Assembly (NCBI GenBank): GCA_025558095.1
Contig: JAIVFI010000008.1
Coordinates: forward strand, 372,001 to 436,000
Direction: 5' to 3'
Source of the DNA: Hyaloraphidium curvatum SAG 235-1
Lineage: Eukaryota; Fungi; Monoblepharomycota
Length of the DNA: 64,000 bases
Shown here: in pieces, positions 57,597-64,000 of the stretch
Layout of the letters: every line of letters starts with the position of its first letter
Position numbering within the stretch: position 1 is the stretch's first letter
Notes under the pieces: model-generated
The model's database searches: none
Told to the model about the DNA's origin: nothing
What the model saw: only the letters and a program-made list of their open reading frames with translations
Translations under genes and position numbers: made by a program

Positions 57597-60592
57597 ATGG
57601 CATCTCCGGACTTTGACCCTCACGACCATCTGTCCGTGAAGGCCAAGTTTGACAAGCTGCTCCAGACTTTGACCGGGTCGGCCAAGTCTGTGGAGACCGT
57701 CGCGGACTTTGCCCTGGAGCACGGGCGCAATGCCCAGATCTTCTGCCGGTGCATCAAGGAACGGATGAAGACTGTGGAGCTCCGGGAGGGCCGGCCGCGC
57801 GACCCGAAATCGCTCATGGAGAAGAGGCTGGGACTCTTGCACGTCGTGGACCGCATCTGCCAGAAGGAGCGGGCGGGAGGCGCAAAGGACTTTGTCGATG
57901 AGGTCCATGCGGAGATTGAAGGGATGGTGTCGCTCATTTTCGAGGTCGGCAAGGTGGACAAGGGTCTCGCGGAGACGTTCGAGTCTACCATGGCGGCGGT
58001 GGAAAAGGTTGGGCTCAACTCCCGGCACGGCGTCTCCGGGCTCACTTTGCTCCAGGTTCTCGGCGCGTGGAAGATGAAGAAGGTCTTCCAGGACTCTACC
58101 ATTGAGCAGATGCAGCAGCAGATCCAGCTTCTTAGGAGAGAGCAGCAGCAGGCCACTCGCAAGCAGAGCGAACAGGACGCGGCAGAAAACAAGAAGATCC
58201 TGCGAAGAATGGAGGAGGATCGGGACAAGGTACGCGACTGGCCTCGGCCAGCATCCTTCCCCGGCTTCTAATACGATGCCGTGCCGAAACAGCAAAAGAA
58301 GGCGCGCGAGGAGGCGTGGCAGCGGCCCGTGGGCGAAACGGACGAGATGGAGTTCGAAGATGCCTGGGAGAACACCTCGGAGTTCAACGATTCGGACGCG
58401 GCCGAGGTCTTGGTGCTGCAGGAGATCGAAGCGCTGGACTTGCAGGGGTACTTTGACGGGGAGCAGCAGATGGACGACATCGAAGCTTCGTATGGGAAGC
58501 CCGCGGGCCCGAGGCCGTTCATCGGGAATCACCCGAAGGAGAACGGTTTCAATCTCCCACAGGGAATGAGACAGGTGACGGAACCTCCGGACTTCATCTT
58601 CAATCTCTGGCGGCAATCACCCGGTTTGCCCCGAGGCAAAGAGGGCTACCCGCGCCCTGCTTTTCCCGACACATTCCCTGGGCTCGACAGTGCGGGCGCG
58701 AATCAATCGCCTCCGCAGCAACCTGGACTGGATGGCAAGTCGCCTGGGCAGCCGCTCGCTCCGCCCGGTTTCCCGCAGCCCCCACCGAACTTCCTCGCTC
58801 GTCCTGCTGGGCTTGCACCGCCGTTTTCTCGCTCTCAAGAACCCGGCGGACGCGATAGTTTCCCTGGAAACGGAAGTGCGCTTCCCAGCGCGGGGTTCAA
58901 GCCGTCTCCGGCAAGGCCTCTGGACAATCGGGCGGGGCAGCCCCGCAAAGACTTTGGCTCCCAAGCCTCGGCCCCCCAAACCTACCGGAGTGGCCAATTT
59001 GCATCTTCTGGTTCCCAAAATCGCTCCGATCTTCCTCCACCGCCACCTCCTCCCCAACCACCGCCTCCGCTGCCTCAGAGGCCGCGCGACAGGTCGCCCG
59101 GTCGGTCTGGGGGCCACCGCGGAGAGTCGAAGCCGTCGGTTCCTTCAAAGCGGCAACGGTCGCGGTCTCGGGATCGGTCTCAATCTCGGCATCATTCCCC
59201 GTCGAGGCGCAAGTCGCCGCGGGATCGGACGCCTCCGCGGCATCGCTCCCGGGAACGCTCGCCGGATAGGCGGAGATCACCCGGCCAGCACCGGGGCTCG
59301 GACAGGCATCGCTCCCCCGGCAGGGGCCGCAGTCAGGATAGACATCGGTCTCTGCGGCGCGGTCGCTCGCCCGAGCACTGGGAAGGCAAGAATGCCCGTT
59401 CCGATTCCAGGGACGCGAGGAGAAGCTCCCAGGTCAATGGATCGGGTGGTAGTCTCCCCCCCCTGTGCTGGTTTGCCGAAGGGGTGCTCACATTCGTGGA
59501 ATCAATCAACCCGGACAACCGCAATCCGCCGCTCTACGTGCAACAGGTGAGGTCAACTCTCAGCTGAGCTGAAGCGAGCCCCCACTGATTCCCCATTGCA
59601 GAATGCCAAGGCGTTTGAGAAGCTTCACGAAGAAGCCGACCTCTTGACGACTTGGGTTTCGAGGGAGCTGTTATTCCTTGATAGTCTCAAGTTTCTGGAT
59701 CATTTGGAGAAGGAAGTTCAACCGCAGCTTCCGCCAAGGTATTCTCTCCGATTGGATGCTGGGCGAAGCCACGCTTACTTGGCTCGTCAAGGGACTACGA
59801 TTTTTCCCGCGATAGCCTATCTAGGCAGCACGGCGACTCGCCGGAACCCTATTTGGACGCTTTTGGCAATGCCCCACAGGAGGTCGCCTACCGGATACAT
59901 GAGATCCACAGGAGGTTCGCTTTCTACAGCACAGCGGACTTACACCGTGGGGTCATTGCATTGTTGCGGCGCTCGGCAAGTGCTCATTCTACGTGGTTCC
60001 AGAACGGTTGGGAAAAGAGTTCGAGGAGCGGCATATCAAGTTTCTTGAGGAGCTGAACAGAAACACGCACACTGCCGCGAAGCACGTGCGATACTTGGTG
60101 CACGAGCTGCACGAAAAGTAAGCACGCCTGATCCCCCTCCCGATCTGATGCTAATTGGTCGGACAACATCAAGGCGCGTCAGGCAAAGAGTCATCTCGCT
60201 GCAAGGCATCAGCCATACCTTTGCGAAGCTCATGCTCTTCCGCCTGAACAAGTATTTCAAGCCTGACGAGATCATGGTGGCCCGTGGCAGTGAGTTTCTG
60301 TGCAACTCAGCGTGGCACGCTTGGTGACGTTCATTCGCAAAGGGGTCGGGGATCTTTTGCGACGTGTCAACCGCCTTCCGGATGATCCGACGATCATTCT
60401 CCCTCTCGGAGGAAGGGTGAGCCGCCGCAGTTCGACCGAGAGCGCCACTAACGCTTGCTCCAGACTGTTCTCGAGAACCCCAACGAAAAGGATCGGAGTA
60501 CGTGCCCATTCTTTGAGTTCCGCGAGGATCCGCCGGACCTTCGGGAGTTCAGCCAAAGATTCCGGATTCCCGAGTCGTATTGGTTGCGGTAG
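57597..60592 (+). CDS. CTK3: Ctk3 (CTDK-I gamma)-like CID protein extended by Pro-rich, RS-rich and unknown C-terminal regions (multi-exon)
   Basis: KFDKLLQTLTGSAKSVETVADFAL and ILRRMEEDRDK|QKKAREEAW...EFEDAWE match the Ctk3 N- and C-motifs. The ORF continues through RSRSRDRS repeats and in-frame spliced exons to TAG 60592. Confidence 0.7.
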
Positions 60593-60639
60593 TAACATTA
60601 GGTGTAGGATACCTTCTATACCCAAGCCAAGAGACTCGA

Positions 60640-62232
60640 TCACCAAACCGCCCCAAAAATGAACCAGCGCACGGCGAAACTCGTTGCGCTCCCGACAGCC
60701 AGACCGAAGAAGAGAATCAGAGACATGAGGGCGCCCGCGCTCCGCTTCGCGTGAGGATGCTTCTCGCTGACGTAACCCGGCGCAAGCATGAGCGCCACCG
60801 TGCTCAAGTACCCGTGGGAAACGAAGAACAGCCCCACGAAGGTGAAAAAGAGACCGTCCGCAGCGAAAACAGTCGGTATGCGTGGAGGACGCACCGCACC
60901 GGAGAAATCCAAATTGCAGGCCGCGAAGACGAAGAGAAAGGCCACACGAAGCAGCGCCAAAAGCAGCAGCGTCGGTTGGCTCGTCAAGATCAGCCGTTGC
61001 ACGGCCGGAATGGAACGTCCGATCCAGTCCCCGATGCCGGAGCAGAGAAAGCCCAAGGGAACAAAGAGCCGGTCGTACATGGTCGGAACGGGCGGTGCGC
61101 CGGCGGGTAGCACCGTTGCCGTCAGCGCCGGATACAGAGCCAGTGTCACGGCGAAGCAGAGGAAGAGAGACCCGCCGAGGTAGCGCAGATCCCACAGGAC
61201 TTGCCACGTCCCAGCGCGGGTCTGGGCGGCCATCTCCTTGGCCTTGGCCTCGTTCCAGATGAGCGCCTCGTTCTCCTGCGCATTCCAACCAGATTCAGAC
61301 TCGACGTCCGAGTCGCGGTCCGTTTCTATCGATGCTCGTTCGACGGCCGGGGAGCGCAACGCGGGTATCGGAAGGGGCGACTGGCGCCGCCGGAGCGACG
61401 AGTAGCACACCATGGTCACCAGAACCGGCAGGCAGCACAGCGAAAAGTAAATCCAGTAGTCGCGACCTTGCGGCTCGTCGACTGGGGGGTCCGTCGACCC
61501 GCCACCGCCACCATGGTGGCCCTTGTGTCCTTTGTGCTTCTTCTCGGCCCCGACGCTCTGGCCTCCTTCAAGGTAGTCGAGCGCAACGGCGCTCATCGAA
61601 AAGATGGACATTGCGATCGCCGCCAGCACTTGCCCGATTGCAATCGCTTGCATGTACACAGGCGGGTATTCGGCCGCCACCAGAGCAAACACGTCCAGCT
61701 GCAAGACCCCGGCAGCGACGGTCGAGATCGTCAGTAGCAAGATGACCGTGCCAAAAAGGACGTAGGGATCCAAAGGAACCAGCGTCAGGAGCGCCGAAAC
61801 CACAAAGACCGCTGCTATCGTGAAGAGGGACACCTGGATGGCATCCACCCTGCTCGCAGAGTGTGCCTTCGGCGGCCGCTGCAGCGAGTACGCCACAAGA
61901 CCGACAAAAAGAGTCACCCAGGTATTCGTCAAGCCAATCCAATTGAGGAACGTCCCCAGCAGGCGCGTGTGCTCCAGTCGGAGGCGCAGCCACCCCGTCG
62001 AGTTGATCATACTGTTCCATGGCATTAGCATCGAGGCGCCCAGGAGCAGAAACGTCACGTAGGCGAACAGCGAGAACGGCCGCACATCCGGGACGATATG
62101 CTCGTCCACCGACAGTTGCAGCGAGCCCGTCCGCTCCTCCCGGGACCACTCAGGCTCAAGTCCGTCCTCAATGACGGGGTGACGCAGGGACGACACGCTC
62201 GCCCGCTTCCGGGGGCTCACTGTCGCCGGCAT
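60640..62232 (-). CDS. FUN26: Equilibrative nucleoside transporter
   Basis: FLLLGASMLMPWN, YMQAIAIGQ, VTLALYPALT, GDWIGR, SHGYL and GLAVGS, with ~11 TM segments. Confidence 0.92.
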   Translation of the reverse strand: MPATVSPRKRASVSSLRHPVIEDGLEPEWSREERTGSLQLSVDEHIVPDVRPFSLFAYVTFLLLGASMLMPWNSMINSTGWLRLRLEHTRLLGTFLNWIGLTNTWVTLFVGLVAYSLQRPPKAHSASRVDAIQVSLFTIAAVFVVSALLTLVPLDPYVLFGTVILLLTISTVAAGVLQLDVFALVAAEYPPVYMQAIAIGQVLAAIAMSIFSMSAVALDYLEGGQSVGAEKKHKGHKGHHGGGGGSTDPPVDEPQGRDYWIYFSLCCLPVLVTMVCYSSLRRRQSPLPIPALRSPAVERASIETDRDSDVESESGWNAQENEALIWNEAKAKEMAAQTRAGTWQVLWDLRYLGGSLFLCFAVTLALYPALTATVLPAGAPPVPTMYDRLFVPLGFLCSGIGDWIGRSIPAVQRLILTSQPTLLLLALLRVAFLFVFAACNLDFSGAVRPPRIPTVFAADGLFFTFVGLFFVSHGYLSTVALMLAPGYVSEKHPHAKRSAGALMSLILFFGLAVGSATSFAVRWFIFGAVW

Positions 62233-62464
62233 TGTGCAGGTCCTCGGAGGTAGAAGAGTCAGACTGGTCACGGGCCACTTCGCATGTCAAGTCCGCGGCT
62301 CCAGCGCCCAGGAAAGCCAGAAGTGCCCGCCTCGAGCAAAGAGCGGACGTCGTCGCAACGAATCCTTCGCTCCCTCGCGTACCGGGCTTCCCGAGGAGGT
62401 GCTGGGCTGGTGCGGCGAACCGTTGCTGCTCGTTCCACGCTCCTCTCCGATCCACGATCCGACA

Positions 62465-64000
62465 ATGGTGACGACACGCAGCCAGGCGAGCTCTCCGGCG
62501 CCCGCGACGCGGCGATCCGCGGCCGCCAACGGCACGGCGACGCCGCGCAAGGCAAACGGCGCGGCGAACGGCGAGGCGCACGCCGGCGCGAACGGTTCCG
62601 CCGAGCCTAAACTGGGATCGCTCAACCCGAAGACAACCGAGTTCGAGTTCCTCGGGCCGCCCGGCGCCGCTTTCCTGCTCGTGCTGCTGCCGGCCACGGT
62701 GTACGGACTCTACTTCCTGTGCGATGCTACGGGCTGCCCCAACCCCGGCGTGCTCCGCGGCGACTTTTCCTCCGTCTCGAAAGCATTCAAAGCCGCGAAT
62801 CTGCTGGATCTCCAGGCCTTTGCAGCATACATCGGCTGGCTGGCATACATGGTGGCCCTGTGGTTCGTGCTGCCCGGCAAGTGGATCGAGGGCATCGAGC
62901 TGCGCGACGGCTCGCGCCTCAAGTACAAGATCAACGCGTGGCCCACCTTCGTCGTCACGATGGCCCTGATTCCCGCCGTGGTCTACCTCTACGGGCTCGG
63001 CCCGCTCGTCTGGATCGCGGATCACTACGTCGGCCTGGCCACGGCCTCAGTGCTGTACAGCTTTGCGCAGGCGGCCTACCTCTACGCCTCGTCGTTCGGC
63101 GAGGGCCGCCTGCTGGCGGTCGGCGGCAACTCGGGCAACGTGTTCTACGACTACTGGATCGGGCGCGAGCTTAACCCGCGGATCGGGGACTTTGACCTCA
63201 AGGTCTTCTTCGAGCTCCGCCCGGGCCTGATCGGCTGGCTCGTCCTGGACTTTGCCTGCGCCGCCAAGCAGTACGCGACCCTCGGCTACCTGACCGACTC
63301 GATGTGGCTGGTGGTCCTGTTCCAGGGCTACTACGTCGTCGACGCGCTGTGGAACGAGGCCGCGATCCTGACCACCATGGACGTCATCATGGACGGCTTC
63401 GGTTTCATGCTCACCTTTGGCGACCTCGCCTGGGTGCCCTTCACCTACTCGCTCCAGGCCCGCTACCTGATGCTGTACCCCAAGAACCTGGGCTACCTCG
63501 CCACGGCCGCCATCGTGGGCGTGAAGCTGCTGGGCTTCGCCATGTTCCGCGGGGCCAACAACCAGAAGAACGCCTTCCGCAACGACCCCAACGACCCGGC
63601 CGTCGCACACATCAAGTACATCGAGACCGAGGCCGGGAGCCGGCTCATGACCTCGGGGTGGTGGGGCATGGCGAGGCACATCAACTACCTTGGCGACTGG
63701 CTGATGGGCTTGGCCTGGTGCCTGCCCACGGGGTTCGACACCCCGATCACTTACTTTTACGCGTGAGTGTTTCATTGATTTGTGAGGTGCCGATTTCGCC
63801 GACCGTCCGCCTGCCGCCCCGCAGTATCTACTTTGCCGTGCTTCTCCTCCACCGCGAGGGCAGGGACGAGCACAAGTGCAAGCACAAATACAAGAAGGAC
63901 TGGGACCGGTACTGCGAGGTGGGCGCGGACGGCGATGGCGGTCGCGGACCAGTCCTAACCGCCTTCTGAAGATTGTCCCGTACCGCATTATCCCGGGCGT
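62465..64000 (+). CDS. ERG24: Sterol C-14 reductase (runs off window end)
   Basis: EFEFLGPPG, GGNSGNVFYDYWIGRELNPR, DGFGFMLTFGDLAWVPFTYSLQARYL, SGWWGMARHINYLGD, VPYRIIPG. Confidence 0.96.

Noticed and set aside
59150-59380. Repetitive DNA resembling a repeat array or CRISPR
   Set aside because: The degenerate repeats simply encode HRSP/RS peptide units. There is no constant repeat-spacer structure and the context is eukaryotic.
43957-60592. Co-location of Pol II factors (Ctr9, Ctk3, also Tfb5) as a functional cluster
   Set aside because: They are widely spaced among unrelated genes, consistent with chance.

Overview
This is eukaryotic nuclear DNA: GC-rich (roughly two-thirds G+C by eye), very gene-dense, with many short (~50-70 nt) spliceosomal introns. 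The gene content points to a fungus (CHO1-type PS synthase, Ctk3, single-chain urease, HeH/LEM protein, ERG24, LSB6). Animal-like genes (DNAJC1 with SANT domain, METTL20, SCRE/SPO16, DGAT1, MOV10) suggest an early-diverging, chytrid-like lineage, which is an inference. I can support about 31 protein-coding loci, mostly in tight head-to-head pairs, and I recognised no rRNA, tRNA, CRISPR array or transposon. Main points of interest: (1) a nuclear-envelope HeH/LEM protein carrying two tandem BAF-like domains (9783-12740), i.e. a LEM-BAF fusion in a lineage normally described as lacking BAF; (2) a multi-reader chromatin protein with a prokaryote-type N6/N4 DNA methyltransferase and a second, degenerate MTase copy (51989-55728); (3) urease and its nickel chaperone UreG head-to-head, 73 bp apart; (4) a 180-bp island at ~34% GC where the hypusine domain of an eIF5A-like gene should be; (5) an EGF-like plus catalytically dead rhomboid fusion; (6) an internally deleted P450; (7) a Ctk3 homolog extended by an RS-rich region; (8) a SPO16/SCRE-like meiotic gene. 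All family assignments come from motif recognition by eye, with no database searches. Exon boundaries are manual.
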